DNA of 64,000 bases from the IMG/VR virus record IMGVR_UViG_2541046997_000001, positions 99,307 through 163,306 of that record. One strand, written 5' to 3'. The DNA comes from a virus. Taxonomy: Duplodnaviria; Heunggongvirae; Uroviricota; Caudoviricetes. Position 1 is the stretch's first letter. Every line of letters begins with the position of its first letter. The translations under genes and the position numbers were made by a program. Below, one piece after another: positions 28,176 through 38,128 of this stretch. The notes beneath the pieces were generated by a model, which worked only from the letters and a program-made list of their open reading frames with translations, was not told where the DNA came from and ran no database searches.

Positions 28176-28497
28176 GAATATGATAATTGTATGTAATAAA
28201 AAAGCAATGGTTCCTATGAAAAACATTCATCCTGGACAAGTGTTTCGTTACAATGAAAAATACTATGTGAAAATTGCAAATACAAATTTTGGTATAGAAA
28301 AGGAGCGTGCTGTAGATTTATTGGATGGATTTATTTATGATGAATCATTTTTTGATTCAGATGTGTATAAAGTAGATGCTGAATTACATACGACAGACAA
28401 TCCTAGAGACAACAGGACAGTCAAAACGAACACTAAAGACAACAGAACAATCAAAACGAACAGTGATTTAAAAGAGAACTTTTATTCAGGAGAATAA
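28162..28497 (+). CDS. Hypothetical protein. The likely start is ATG 28180.
   Basis: RBS GGAGGTAAATAAGAAT before ATG 28180. Confidence 0.5.
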   Translation: MEVNKNMIIVCNKKAMVPMKNIHPGQVFRYNEKYYVKIANTNFGIEKERAVDLLDGFIYDESFFDSDVYKVDAELHTTDNPRDNRTVKTNTKDNRTIKTNSDLKENFYSGE

Positions 28498-28502
28498 AGA
28501 GT

Positions 28503-28796
28503 ATGTATAATAAATTCATTGATAAGCAAAAACTGGCAGAGCAGTTTGTAAAAGAAACAGGATTTTCTCCTGGACAAATTGGAGTTGGATACATTGACGA
28601 TTTGATCGATAAACAGCCGGTAGCTTTTGACATGGATATTGTTATTGAGCAATTACGATTATACGCAGCATTAAATGGAAAATATATTTGCGGAGATAAT
28701 TCAATTGATGAAACTGTTTATATTCCGGTTAATATTGCTATTGAGATTGTAAAGTTATGTGGAATTAGAGATTCGTATAGGTTTCTTAGAAAGTAG
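28503..28796 (+). CDS. Hypothetical protein.
   Basis: ORF only. Confidence 0.45.
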   Translation: MYNKFIDKQKLAEQFVKETGFSPGQIGVGYIDDLIDKQPVAFDMDIVIEQLRLYAALNGKYICGDNSIDETVYIPVNIAIEIVKLCGIRDSYRFLRK

Positions 28797-28803
28797 GTGA
28801 AAT

Positions 28804-29556
28804 ATGAAACAGGGATTTGAGAAAAGATTTAAAAATGGAGACATTGTTTATTGGTGTCACAGTGAGGGGAATGGAAGATATACAGTAAAATATGGAATGG
28901 TAGATGAGCAGTTTTCTGATGCGGTTGTGATTGATTATTTAACTGCAAGGGAAAGAAGATTAGTAAATGGAATCCCAATTGATGAGTTTGAGAGCGAAAC
29001 AAAATACAAGAAACTTCCAAAAGATTGGACATATGATACTAGGTTATTTGAAATTACACATTCTGGTTTAACAGACGAAGAAATTTCATTTCTTATCGAT
29101 TTCAAGAAACCAGAAATGATTAAGAAAGGATATGATTTTGGATATTTGGTAAAGGATTGTACAATTTTCCACGGCGTAATTGAAAATGAAATTACAAAAG
29201 AAGGATATAGAATTGTAAAGAAATATCCTATGTGGCAGCATCATATTGATCATGTTTCAATTCGTCCTGATAAAGTCTGTTTTACATATGAAGAAGCAAA
29301 ATCCGAAGTAGATGAGAATGTGAAAGAGTTTGAAAGACAGCTTACACTTACGGATTATGAATGGTCAGTAGAACATATTTGTAAGAATTTAGATATTTTT
29401 AAAGCCATTCATAATTTAGACGAAAGAGATATTGATGCTTATAGAGAATTTATCCTTGGTATGGACAATGTAGAGAATATTGAGACTAGAGTTTATCAGG
29501 GATATATTCAATGGAAATATGAAGATAAGAAAAGATGGAATTATATTGAGATCTGA
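28804..29556 (+). CDS. Hypothetical protein.
   Basis: 250-aa ORF. Confidence 0.5.
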   Translation: MKQGFEKRFKNGDIVYWCHSEGNGRYTVKYGMVDEQFSDAVVIDYLTARERRLVNGIPIDEFESETKYKKLPKDWTYDTRLFEITHSGLTDEEISFLIDFKKPEMIKKGYDFGYLVKDCTIFHGVIENEITKEGYRIVKKYPMWQHHIDHVSIRPDKVCFTYEEAKSEVDENVKEFERQLTLTDYEWSVEHICKNLDIFKAIHNLDERDIDAYREFILGMDNVENIETRVYQGYIQWKYEDKKRWNYIEI

Positions 29557-29769
29557 GGTGAATAAATAAAGAAGTCCAATGAAGTCTCTCGAAGACAGTT
29601 TTCAGAATATGGTCAGTCGTGGTTTAGCAAACGGTATGCATGTTGGGCGAACAATCACAATGGATGGTCTAAAATGAAAAAGAAAAACCGAAGAATGTTT
29701 AAATCAAAATTAAGGCAAGAACAAAATAAAGAGATAAGAGAAATACTTGAAGAAATGGAGAGTTAAATT

Positions 29770-30012
29770 ATGAAAAAAGTTGAAGAAAAATACTATTGTG
29801 ATCTATGCGGCAAAGAGTGTGAACATACACCGGATTATGTATTGCCGGAACTATCCGTTGGATCTTTTCAAAGTGTAACAACTAATTCTAAGCAAAAAGA
29901 TTTATGCCTTAAATGTGAAAAAGAAGTTGCTTATATTTTGAATTTGATCAAGAGTAAAAAAATGGATAGTAATCCTATGTCAAATATGATTTTGGAAATT
30001 ATTACAAAATAA
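29770..30012 (+). CDS. Zinc-ribbon protein.
   Basis: CDLCGKEC...CLKC motifs. Confidence 0.45.
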   Translation: MKKVEEKYYCDLCGKECEHTPDYVLPELSVGSFQSVTTNSKQKDLCLKCEKEVAYILNLIKSKKMDSNPMSNMILEIITK

Positions 30013-30047
30013 ATTCTTGGTTTTATGCTGTAACGGGAGGGTGAAGA

Positions 30048-30380
30048 ATGTTTAAAATTATTTTTATTGTTATGTCATGGATATTAGTTGGATTTATTTC
30101 ATGGTTATTTTTGATGTTTAGTTACTTAAGAAAAAGCAAATATGATCCTAGAGTTTTAAAAAATTTCGAAATAGGAGAAGACCTTGGACTTTCTATATTG
30201 AGTGGTTGGTTTGCGCCAATGATTATATTGCTTTGTTGTATGACATATAAATTTGAATCGCAAAAATATAATTTTTATAAATGGGTATATGATATTCTTT
30301 ACAGAATAGCAAACATTGGGGTGAATAAAACATCAAATAATGAAGAAAAGGAGGGGTCAGACAAAGATAAAATTGTATAA
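30048..30380 (+). CDS. Membrane protein (2-3 TM helices).
   Basis: Hydrophobic segments. RBS GGGAGGGTGAAG. Confidence 0.5.
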   Translation: MFKIIFIVMSWILVGFISWLFLMFSYLRKSKYDPRVLKNFEIGEDLGLSILSGWFAPMIILLCCMTYKFESQKYNFYKWVYDILYRIANIGVNKTSNNEEKEGSDKDKIV

Positions 30381-30795
30381 GTTATATTTCTATTTATCTT
30401 ATCGATTAAGATATGAATCTACATATTTGGAATTAAAATACTACTTAGATCAGGTGCTGAAAAATAAAAAAGATAGTTGGGTGAATTACACAACGAGATA
30501 TAATCGTGGAATTGGTAAAACTGTTTCAGTGGCTAGACTATCAGCAAAATATGATATTCCTGTATTTGTCAAAAATAACATGTGTAAGAGGTTTATAGAA
30601 GAGGACGTGCCGAAATATCTACCTCAATATTTTAAAAAGAGAAAACCAAAAGCAATTGTAGTAGAATATAGAGATAGACATTTAAAAGGTTGTAGATACG
30701 AAGTGGGATTAATTGACGAACCGCTTAGTTTAAACGATATAGATAATATTGAAACATGGTGTTGTGACAAATTAGCGGGATATGTAAGAGAATAA
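30340..30795 (+). CDS. Hypothetical protein.
   Basis: ORF only. Confidence 0.4.
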   Translation: MKKRRGQTKIKLYKLYFYLSYRLRYESTYLELKYYLDQVLKNKKDSWVNYTTRYNRGIGKTVSVARLSAKYDIPVFVKNNMCKRFIEEDVPKYLPQYFKKRKPKAIVVEYRDRHLKGCRYEVGLIDEPLSLNDIDNIETWCCDKLAGYVRE

Positions 30796-30881
30796 ATATT
30801 TGAGTCTTTGAAGGCTTTATTATTTTTTGACTCACATTGTTATAGTGATTATAAAACAAATAGAATAGGAGGGATAGAAGA

Positions 30882-31430
30882 ATGAAGGAAGATTTTTATA
30901 AAGCAAAGACGGCTTATGAACTATGTAAAGAGATGTGCAGTGGAATTGGAGTAGAAATTGTTAAATCATCTGTATACGAAGATAATAATAACATTGAAAT
31001 TTCCAGTTACGAAATTTTAGCAAGAAATAAAGTAATCCGAATCTTTTTTAGTGATGGTACACAGGAGAAAGTCATTTGTGACGACAAAGATGAGTTTGAT
31101 TTACGGAGAGGTTTGTTCGTTGCTTTATCAAAAAAGATGTATAAAGAGAAATATACATTAGAAGGAATCGAGCATATGGCAACTGAATTATCTTATCAGA
31201 AGAAATATGTAAAGATGGTCAATAAAGCAATTAAAGATCATAACAGAAAACTTGTCGAAGAAGAGAATAAGAAACATGAAGAAGCGTTACAGAAGAGATT
31301 AGCTTATGAGAGAAAAGTAAAACGCGATAAAAAGAAGCGTGAGAGGATGATTAACATTCAAAAAGAAGCGTATGTACGCGCCATGAAAGAAATTGGCGAT
31401 TTACATAAAGAAAAAGAAAAAGGAGAGTAA
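30882..31430 (+). CDS. Hypothetical protein with a basic coiled-coil C-terminus.
   Basis: ORF with RBS AGGAGGGATAG. Confidence 0.5.
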   Translation: MKEDFYKAKTAYELCKEMCSGIGVEIVKSSVYEDNNNIEISSYEILARNKVIRIFFSDGTQEKVICDDKDEFDLRRGLFVALSKKMYKEKYTLEGIEHMATELSYQKKYVKMVNKAIKDHNRKLVEEENKKHEEALQKRLAYERKVKRDKKKRERMINIQKEAYVRAMKEIGDLHKEKEKGE

Positions 31431-31602
31431 AGACATGTGGGTAGTATTTTTACTTGCAGCAATGGGATTTGCGATCGCAACTTTGTTGGTGGTTTACATC
31501 GGTAATAAAGTTATTAATGCGATGAAAAGAGATGATGAAAAATTAAATAAGGACATCAGTAAAGAAAAAACAAATGAAAAGGAGAAAGAAAAACATGAGT
31601 AA
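31393..31602 (+). CDS. Small membrane protein. The likely start is ATG 31436.
   Basis: Single TM helix (VVFLLAAMGFAIATLLVVYIG). Confidence 0.45.
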   Translation: MAIYIKKKKKESKDMWVVFLLAAMGFAIATLLVVYIGNKVINAMKRDDEKLNKDISKEKTNEKEKEKHE

Positions 31603-32458
31603 AAAAGGATTGGTAGTAGGAATTGTTGTAGTCGCATCGGTTGTAGGAGGCTTCTTTACAGTTAAATCGTTTAAGAAAATTGATACTGGAAAAGTTGGAG
31701 TTGTGTATTCTATGAAAGGCGGCGTTAAGGATGAAACGTTAAGTCAAGGGTATCATTTTATTAATCCATTTTTAAAAGTAAAAGAATTTACAATTGGAAA
31801 TGAACAATTGATTCTTTCTAAAGATAAAAGAGAAGGTAGCGAAGGTGATGATTCATTTAAAGTAGCAACATCTGATGATGCAAGTATTTCAATTAGTTTT
31901 CAAATGTCATACAGATATAGACCAGAAGAAGTTGTTGATACATATAAAAAGTTTAAGGGAATGAATGGAGAGGATATTGTTGAGCAAAGAGTGAAAACAG
32001 TGTTAAAATCAAAAATCTCTGAAATCACGACGGATTACAGTATGATGCAAATCTATAGTGGGAACAGATCTGAGATTAACAATAAGCTAACTGATTATCT
32101 AAATAAAGAGTTTACACAGTCATTTGGAGTCGAGGTTCTTGACGCTTCTATTATTGATGTACATCCTGACGATAAGCTGAAAGAATCCATTGATGCGAGA
32201 GTAAAGGCTCTCCAAGAAAAACAACAAGCAGAGGCAGAGCAGGAGAAAGTAAAAGTGCAGAAAGAAACTGAAAGAATCCAGGCTGAAGCTGATGCACAAA
32301 TTGAGGTTACGAAAGCAAAAGCAGAGGCAGAAGCGAATAGATTAAAATCTGAATCTATTACAGACGAGTTAATTCGAATGAAAGAAGCCGAAGCAAGATT
32401 ACAGCACGGATGGGTGACTACCCAGGGCGCAAATGCAGTTGTGAAAGACGGTGAATAA
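31574..32458 (+). CDS. SPFH/band-7 (stomatin/prohibitin/HflKC-like) membrane protein with a C-terminal coiled coil.
   Basis: N-terminal TM helix. SPFH core KVGVVYSMKGGVKDETLSQGYHFINPFLKVKEF. Ala/Glu/Gln-rich coiled coil. Confidence 0.7.
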   Translation: MKRRKKNMSKKGLVVGIVVVASVVGGFFTVKSFKKIDTGKVGVVYSMKGGVKDETLSQGYHFINPFLKVKEFTIGNEQLILSKDKREGSEGDDSFKVATSDDASISISFQMSYRYRPEEVVDTYKKFKGMNGEDIVEQRVKTVLKSKISEITTDYSMMQIYSGNRSEINNKLTDYLNKEFTQSFGVEVLDASIIDVHPDDKLKESIDARVKALQEKQQAEAEQEKVKVQKETERIQAEADAQIEVTKAKAEAEANRLKSESITDELIRMKEAEARLQHGWVTTQGANAVVKDGE

Positions 32459-32632
32459 TATGATTAATTTATTATTTGATATTGCAAGCTGCATAATAAT
32501 GTTGGCAATAATTCTTGTAATAATTGGATTTATCACGTTATTTATTGGATATATTTATGAAGATGTAAATAATAAATTTGACGGTATTTTCCATAGAATT
32601 TCAGATACATTGGAAAGAATGTTATAAATTTA

Positions 32633-32662
32633 GCTGCATATGGTGTCACAGCTATATGCAGC
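32633..32662. terminator. Perfect 9-bp-stem hairpin (GCTGCATAT-12nt-ATATGCAGC) after the SPFH/membrane module: candidate terminator or operator.
   Basis: Directly visible. The flanks are AT-rich, but a clean U-tract is absent. Confidence 0.35.
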
Positions 32663-32913
32663 ATTTAGAAAAATAATAAGATGAAACTTTCGTTTCATAG
32701 GGGGTGGATAAAGAAATGAGTAGTAATAAAACATTAGAAAATGTCGAGTTACACCAAGAAAATGACGAATACTATTTAACTTTAACATATAACGAAAAAC
32801 TTGGAGATAAATAAAAAAGAAAACCCATTTTACATAAGGATACCAAAGAAAAAGAAGATGACGTCAAAAGATGTTGAGTGTGAATTGATAAATGATAAAA
32901 GGGAGGAATTGAC

Positions 32914-33312
32914 ATGAAATCAATGTATGCAGAGTCAAAGTATCTAGTTATTAATGAAGAAATTTTTATTTATATTTATGGCGACAAACTGAGATATATA
33001 GATAACAAAGGAGAAAATTTTGAAGTTGTAAAAGATATCGATGTAGACAATATTAGGAGAATGATCTTAAAAGGGGAGATACCAAATTCTGAAATCAAAA
33101 AAACTTTTTTTAAAAGAGAAATATTCTGTTTTCAAAAACAAAATAAAATTTTAAAAAAGAAAGTTAAAGATATTAAAAGTGCACATATTCGTTATACGTA
33201 CAAAAGAGACAAGGGGATCTTTTCATTCGCCGAGTTAAAGAAAAGATTATCTACAAAAGAATATGAGGAGTTTTGGAGAGATAAGTTAGAAAAATATGAA
33301 TTGTATTTATAA
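32914..33312 (+). CDS. Hypothetical protein.
   Basis: ORF with RBS AAAGGGAGGAAT. Confidence 0.5.
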   Translation: MKSMYAESKYLVINEEIFIYIYGDKLRYIDNKGENFEVVKDIDVDNIRRMILKGEIPNSEIKKTFFKREIFCFQKQNKILKKKVKDIKSAHIRYTYKRDKGIFSFAELKKRLSTKEYEEFWRDKLEKYELYL

Positions 33313-33330
33313 ATAAGGGGCGTAAGTAAT

Positions 33331-33858
33331 ATGGCAAAACCATCTGGATTAGATTTTAGCAATGTAAGACATGTAAGAGTTTGGCACGAGCAGTTTGAAG
33401 CAATTAAAGATAAAGCAGAATTTTTGATTGTAGAAGATAAGTCAAATGGTAAATGTGTATCGTTTACAAGAGACCATGATGAAGAATCTAAGCCAAACCA
33501 ATCATATTTAGAATTAAAAAAGATATTAGAAGATACCATAGAAATTGTAAAAAAACTAGAAAAGAAGAAGGAGAATAAAATTATGAGTAGCGAAAAATTT
33601 ATTAGTTTGTGTAAAGAAAATGTAGTGGAGTATTTTAATGAACATTCAGATAAAACAGATAATGTACTTATCACACAAGAAGATGTATACGTGGTTTGGT
33701 ACTGTAAGAGCTTGCAGAATCATAAAGCATTATTAAGCACAAATATTTCTGACGGTATGTATTATGAGCTTACATATAATGGAGACAAAAACGAGTTATA
33801 TTTGGATGCTTATAAAAAATGGCAGAATGTAAAGATTGATTTAAATGATGAGGAGTAA
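33331..33858 (+). CDS. Hypothetical protein.
   Basis: ORF only. Confidence 0.5.
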   Translation: MAKPSGLDFSNVRHVRVWHEQFEAIKDKAEFLIVEDKSNGKCVSFTRDHDEESKPNQSYLELKKILEDTIEIVKKLEKKKENKIMSSEKFISLCKENVVEYFNEHSDKTDNVLITQEDVYVVWYCKSLQNHKALLSTNISDGMYYELTYNGDKNELYLDAYKKWQNVKIDLNDEE

Positions 33859-33864
33859 TAAAGT

Positions 33865-34350
33865 ATGGAGAATAACATTACGGTAAATATGGAGAATCTT
33901 TCTGAAAAAGAAAGATGTCAGTTGATGAAGTTGATTCAGAAATCAAATGAATCAAAAAGGGAGGTGTGGAAACCTGAAAGTAATGAAGCATATTTTTATA
34001 TATCTGGATGTGGTGTAATTAGTAGCCGTAGGTGGATAAATAATAATGATACAAATAATAAATATTATGAAATCGGTAATTGTTTTAAAACAAAAGAAGA
34101 GGCGGAGTTTGCTTTAGAGAAAAGAAGAGTTGAAGTTGAACTACAGCGTTTTGCAGAAGAGAATAATGAATGTGAAACAGGTGTAAGATATTTTATATCA
34201 TATAATCTGGATTCAGAAATCACAGTTGATCAGGTTTACGGCGTAAGACTTAAAGGCATTTATTTTTCATCCAAAGAAGTTGCAGAAAATGCAATTTGGG
34301 CTATTGGAAAAGGACGTTTAAAGAAATATTATTTAGGGATTGAGGAGTGA
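33865..34350 (+). CDS. Hypothetical protein.
   Basis: ORF only. Confidence 0.5.
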   Translation: MENNITVNMENLSEKERCQLMKLIQKSNESKREVWKPESNEAYFYISGCGVISSRRWINNNDTNNKYYEIGNCFKTKEEAEFALEKRRVEVELQRFAEENNECETGVRYFISYNLDSEITVDQVYGVRLKGIYFSSKEVAENAIWAIGKGRLKKYYLGIEE

Positions 34351-34562
34351 TTATGAAAAAGAGTTTTAAAATTACTGGTTTACCGGCATTGATTACAATA
34401 GCTATTATCTATTCAACACAATGTTTACTTGTATGTGGAATAGCGAAACTATTGACGTTAATGTTACATATAGATTTTAATTTGGAATTAACAGTTGTAA
34501 CATTTGTAGTATGCAAAGCACTACAGATTATTGGATATTTTGCTGGATTTAGATGGGAATAA
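34347..34562 (+). CDS. Small membrane protein.
   Basis: Two TM helices. Confidence 0.45.
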   Translation: MIMKKSFKITGLPALITIAIIYSTQCLLVCGIAKLLTLMLHIDFNLELTVVTFVVCKALQIIGYFAGFRWE

Positions 34563-34596
34563 AAATTTAGTTTCATTATAAAAGAGAAGGGATAAT

Positions 34597-34887
34597 ATGA
34601 AAATAGGAAAATTATTAAATAAAGCTTACAAAAATGGTGGATATATTCGAATGATTGACGGTCGTAAAAAAGGAGCTATTAGATATTCAAGAGCATGTGG
34701 AACTTTTGCTGAGGCAGATTATAAAACGGGTTCATTTATTTATAATGAAAATCAAAAACATAAGCCTGTTTATATAAATAATATAATGTTGCAATCTAAA
34801 GAATGGGAATATATACCTATGCCATGTAATTGTAGTTGTTGTGATATTTATAAAAAAGAATTAGTAGAGAAATATAATAATAGGTAA
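34597..34887 (+). CDS. Hypothetical protein.
   Basis: ORF only. Confidence 0.45.
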   Translation: MKIGKLLNKAYKNGGYIRMIDGRKKGAIRYSRACGTFAEADYKTGSFIYNENQKHKPVYINNIMLQSKEWEYIPMPCNCSCCDIYKKELVEKYNNR

Positions 34888-34892
34888 AGAGT

Positions 34893-35921
34893 ATGAATTT
34901 GAAACAAATTAAAGAAACGATAGAGAAACAAGAATATGATTTCTTAAAAGAGAATGAGCACTTAGGTAACAATATTATTTTACTTACGCTTGGCGGTAGC
35001 CACGCATATGGAATGGATAAAGAAGACAGTGATTTAGACGTAAGAGGAGTTGCACTAAATAGCAAAGAGGAAATTCTTCTTGGAAAAGACTTTGAACAGG
35101 TTGTAGAGATTGATACAGATACAACAGTTTATTCATTCAACAAAATTTTACAATTGTTAAAATCAAATAATCCCAACACTATTGAAATTTTAGGATGTAA
35201 ACCTGAACATTATTTATATTTGTCTGATGTTGGAAGAGAATTATTGAATAATAGAAAAATGTTCTTATCCAAGATTTGTATTAATTCTTTTGCAGGATAC
35301 GCTTCAAGTCAATTAAGGCGTATGGAGAACAAAGCTGCTAGATTAGTTGGACAGGCACAAAACGAAGAGTACATTTTAAAATCAATCAATAATGCAAGCT
35401 ATGACTTTAAAAACCGTTACTTCCCAATGAATGATGGATCACTCAATCTTTATACAGATAAAGCAGTGCAGGAAGGTTATGACACTGAAATTTTTATGGA
35501 TATTGATTTAAAGCATTATCCGCTAAGAGATTGGACTGGTATGTGGAATGAGATGAAGGCTATTGTAAGTAGTTATAACAAAATTGGTAGGCGAAACGAA
35601 AAAGCAATGAACAAGGACAAACTTGGAAAGCATATGGCTCATTTGATCAGATTATACATGATGTGTATTGACATTCTTGAAAAAGAAGAAATCATTACTT
35701 ATCGAGAAAACGAACATGATTTACTTATGAGCATACGAAACGGAGAATATTTAGATAATAACAGACAGCCAATCTCTTCATTTTATGACTTACTAAATGA
35801 ATATGAAAAACGATTCGATTACGCTAAAGAAAATACTTCGTTGCCAAATGTGCCGGACTACAAGAGAATCGAAGAGTTTAAAATGTATGTAAATGAACGA
35901 ATTGTGAAAGGAGATATTTAA
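34893..35921 (+). CDS. Predicted nucleotidyltransferase (Pol-beta-superfamily NTase fold).
   Basis: GGSHAYGMDKEDSDLDVRGV matches the GS-x9-13-[DE]h[DE]h NTase signature. Confidence 0.5.
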   Translation: MNLKQIKETIEKQEYDFLKENEHLGNNIILLTLGGSHAYGMDKEDSDLDVRGVALNSKEEILLGKDFEQVVEIDTDTTVYSFNKILQLLKSNNPNTIEILGCKPEHYLYLSDVGRELLNNRKMFLSKICINSFAGYASSQLRRMENKAARLVGQAQNEEYILKSINNASYDFKNRYFPMNDGSLNLYTDKAVQEGYDTEIFMDIDLKHYPLRDWTGMWNEMKAIVSSYNKIGRRNEKAMNKDKLGKHMAHLIRLYMMCIDILEKEEIITYRENEHDLLMSIRNGEYLDNNRQPISSFYDLLNEYEKRFDYAKENTSLPNVPDYKRIEEFKMYVNERIVKGDI

Positions 35922-36856
35922 TGGAAGTTTCTGAAAAACTAAAAGAACGTTTCTGTAAAGATTGTAACATCCCGTTACGACTATACAAAGAACCATATTT
36001 TATGGACAGACTTCAATTATACGATAGTTATTATAACGCATTGGATAAATGGAATATTTTTGTAAGAGAATTAGATAAATATAAGTGTGAGCAAGATTAT
36101 CTTGAAGAATATAATCGAGTAAAAAATGCAGCGATAAATGATATCAAAATTTCTGATGGATACAAGAGATTCAACGAAGAAGATATGAATAAATACACCG
36201 TAAAATACAAGGATCTCCCAGGTAAAGATATTTTCAAAACGTCAAATAATGGAAAGCTATTTATCAGTATTGATATGAGAAAAGCTAATTTTTCTGCATT
36301 GAAATTCTATAATAGAAGTATTTTTGACAATGCAGATACATGGGAAAAATTTATTGAAAGATATACAGAGGATAAGCATATTGTAAATAGCAAATATATT
36401 AGACAAGTTATTTTAGGAAACTGTAACCCAAAACGGCAAGTGACTTATGAAAAATATTTAATGGGGCTTGTATTAGAAGTTCTTATTGATGAATTAGGAT
36501 ATTCCGCTAGTGATATTGCGTTTTTCTCTAATGATGAAATTGTTATTGATATAGGAAAATATGAAGACTGTATAAGAAAGAGGGAGTTAATAGAATGGCA
36601 AATTAAAGGATACTTCAACATTCCATTTAGAATTGAACTATTTTATTTACGCAAAATTACCGGAACAAATGGATATTATAAGGAAATTGTAAAAAATATT
36701 ATTGAAAGAGAATATGAATTTAAATGTTTAAACAATTATACATTACCATTTGTGCTGAGAAAGTTTAATGAAGAAGAAATTACTGAAAACGATAAAGTAT
36801 TTTATCATGAAGGATTACTATCGAAATTTATTGAGATTCCAGAAATTGGAATTTAG
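35921..36856 (+). CDS. Hypothetical protein that is translationally coupled to the NTase gene.
   Basis: ATG overlaps the previous stop (TAATGG). Confidence 0.5.
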   Translation: MEVSEKLKERFCKDCNIPLRLYKEPYFMDRLQLYDSYYNALDKWNIFVRELDKYKCEQDYLEEYNRVKNAAINDIKISDGYKRFNEEDMNKYTVKYKDLPGKDIFKTSNNGKLFISIDMRKANFSALKFYNRSIFDNADTWEKFIERYTEDKHIVNSKYIRQVILGNCNPKRQVTYEKYLMGLVLEVLIDELGYSASDIAFFSNDEIVIDIGKYEDCIRKRELIEWQIKGYFNIPFRIELFYLRKITGTNGYYKEIVKNIIEREYEFKCLNNYTLPFVLRKFNEEEITENDKVFYHEGLLSKFIEIPEIGI

Positions 36857-36867
36857 CAGGTAGGAAC

Positions 36868-37196
36868 ATGACAAATGCAGATTATATAAAAGAACAGTTG
36901 ACAAGATTAAGTGATAGAGAACTTGCAGCAATTGTATATGAATATTTTGGAATGAAAACATCTGGGAGAAACGTCCTAAAATTCTTAAGACAGCTTGGAG
37001 AGCATTTGACAAGTGGGCTAGTAGTGTTGGTAATAATACAAATATTGTTAAAGACGATGGTTCTATTCCATCCATTTGGACATGGGAAAGATGGCGTATG
37101 TTAAATGGAAAGTGGGAGAATAAAGGAAGGACAATAGAGGTAGCTTTACAAGTTTGGCTAACAATGAAATATAACAAGGAGGAATGGAGAGAATGA
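36868..37196 (+). pseudogene. Small gene apparently split by a -1 frameshift near 36945-36965 (T4/A4 runs). The C-terminal half continues in another frame to a TGA that overlaps the next gene's ATG.
   Basis: Frame A gives MTNADYIKEQLTRLSDRELAAIVYEYFGMK. Frame C gives WEKRPKILKTAWRAFDKWASSVGNN...KEEWRE* and ends with ATGA coupling to the DHH gene. Confidence 0.35.
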
Positions 37197-38107
37197 TTAA
37201 ATTATTCACACACCGGGATTTAGATGGAATTGGTTGTGCGGTTCTGGCACAATTGACATTTGGTAAAAATGTAGATATTACATATTGTAACTATGATGAA
37301 GTAGATTTGTTAGTGAGAGAATATATTTCTAAGATGGACAAAGAACATGATACATGCTTTATTACAGACATCAGCATTAAGGATGATTTGGCTTCTGAGA
37401 TTGATAGAGGATATAAAAATAATTTCAAATTATTTGATCATCACAAAACAGCATTAGATCTTAATAAGTATGACTGGTGTGTTGTCGAAACAATGAATAA
37501 CAAAAAAGGACTGCAAACATGTGGCACAGAGTTATTTTATGAATACTTGATTGCACACAAATATCTAAAAGCAGATGTAAAAGACTTTGTAAAACTTGTA
37601 ACCAATTATGATACTTGGAGATGGACAGAAATTGGGAATATGGGTCTTATTTCTAAGAAAATGAATGACTTACTCTACTTATATGGAAGAGATGAATTCG
37701 TAAAATGGTGTTTGGATAAATTCAAAAGTAGAAAATCATTCTTAAGGTTTGACAAAGAAGACGAATTATTATTACAGTTCAACCAAAAAGAAATTGATAA
37801 ATACATTGATTCAAAAGAAAAAGAAATGATTATTAGCTGCGATGGAGAATATAAATATGGAGTCGTCTTTGCAGAAAAATACTTTAGTGAACTAGGAAAT
37901 GAGTTGTGTACTAGGAATCCGAATTTAGATTATGTTGCGATGGTAAATGTTGGTACATACTCAATCTCTTATAGGACGATTAAAGAGAATATTGACGTTG
38001 GTCAGGTCGCTAAGAGATATGGCGGTGGAGGACACCAAAAAGCTGCGGGATCAGATTTTCATAATCATATAGTTACACAGTTTATTAACAATATTTTTGA
38101 AGGATAA
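37184..38107 (+). CDS. DHH-DHHA1 phosphoesterase (NrnA-like nanoRNase / pAp or cyclic-dinucleotide phosphodiesterase family). The likely start is ATG 37194.
   Basis: THRDLDGIGCAVLA (motif I), LFDHH (DHH motif), and C-terminal GGGHQKAAGS (DHHA1 motif). Confidence 0.75.
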   Translation: MERMIKLFTHRDLDGIGCAVLAQLTFGKNVDITYCNYDEVDLLVREYISKMDKEHDTCFITDISIKDDLASEIDRGYKNNFKLFDHHKTALDLNKYDWCVVETMNNKKGLQTCGTELFYEYLIAHKYLKADVKDFVKLVTNYDTWRWTEIGNMGLISKKMNDLLYLYGRDEFVKWCLDKFKSRKSFLRFDKEDELLLQFNQKEIDKYIDSKEKEMIISCDGEYKYGVVFAEKYFSELGNELCTRNPNLDYVAMVNVGTYSISYRTIKENIDVGQVAKRYGGGGHQKAAGSDFHNHIVTQFINNIFEG

Positions 38108-38128
38108 AGTGAATAAAGGAGAAGCAAA

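Noticed and set aside
33192-33674. Long minus-strand ORFs here and at 43623-43937, 45005-45442, 60433-60846 and 63373-63657.
   Set aside because: All are antisense to well-supported plus-strand genes (several with recognisable domains). They have Ser/Leu/Phe-rich low-complexity translations typical of antisense frames in AT-rich DNA.
36868-37104. The track's 78-aa ORF taken as a complete gene.
   Set aside because: Its hydrophobic C-terminal half is probably the wrong frame. The alternative frame gives a Trp/Lys-rich protein-like sequence ending in an ATGA overlap with the next gene. I reported it as a frameshifted gene instead.
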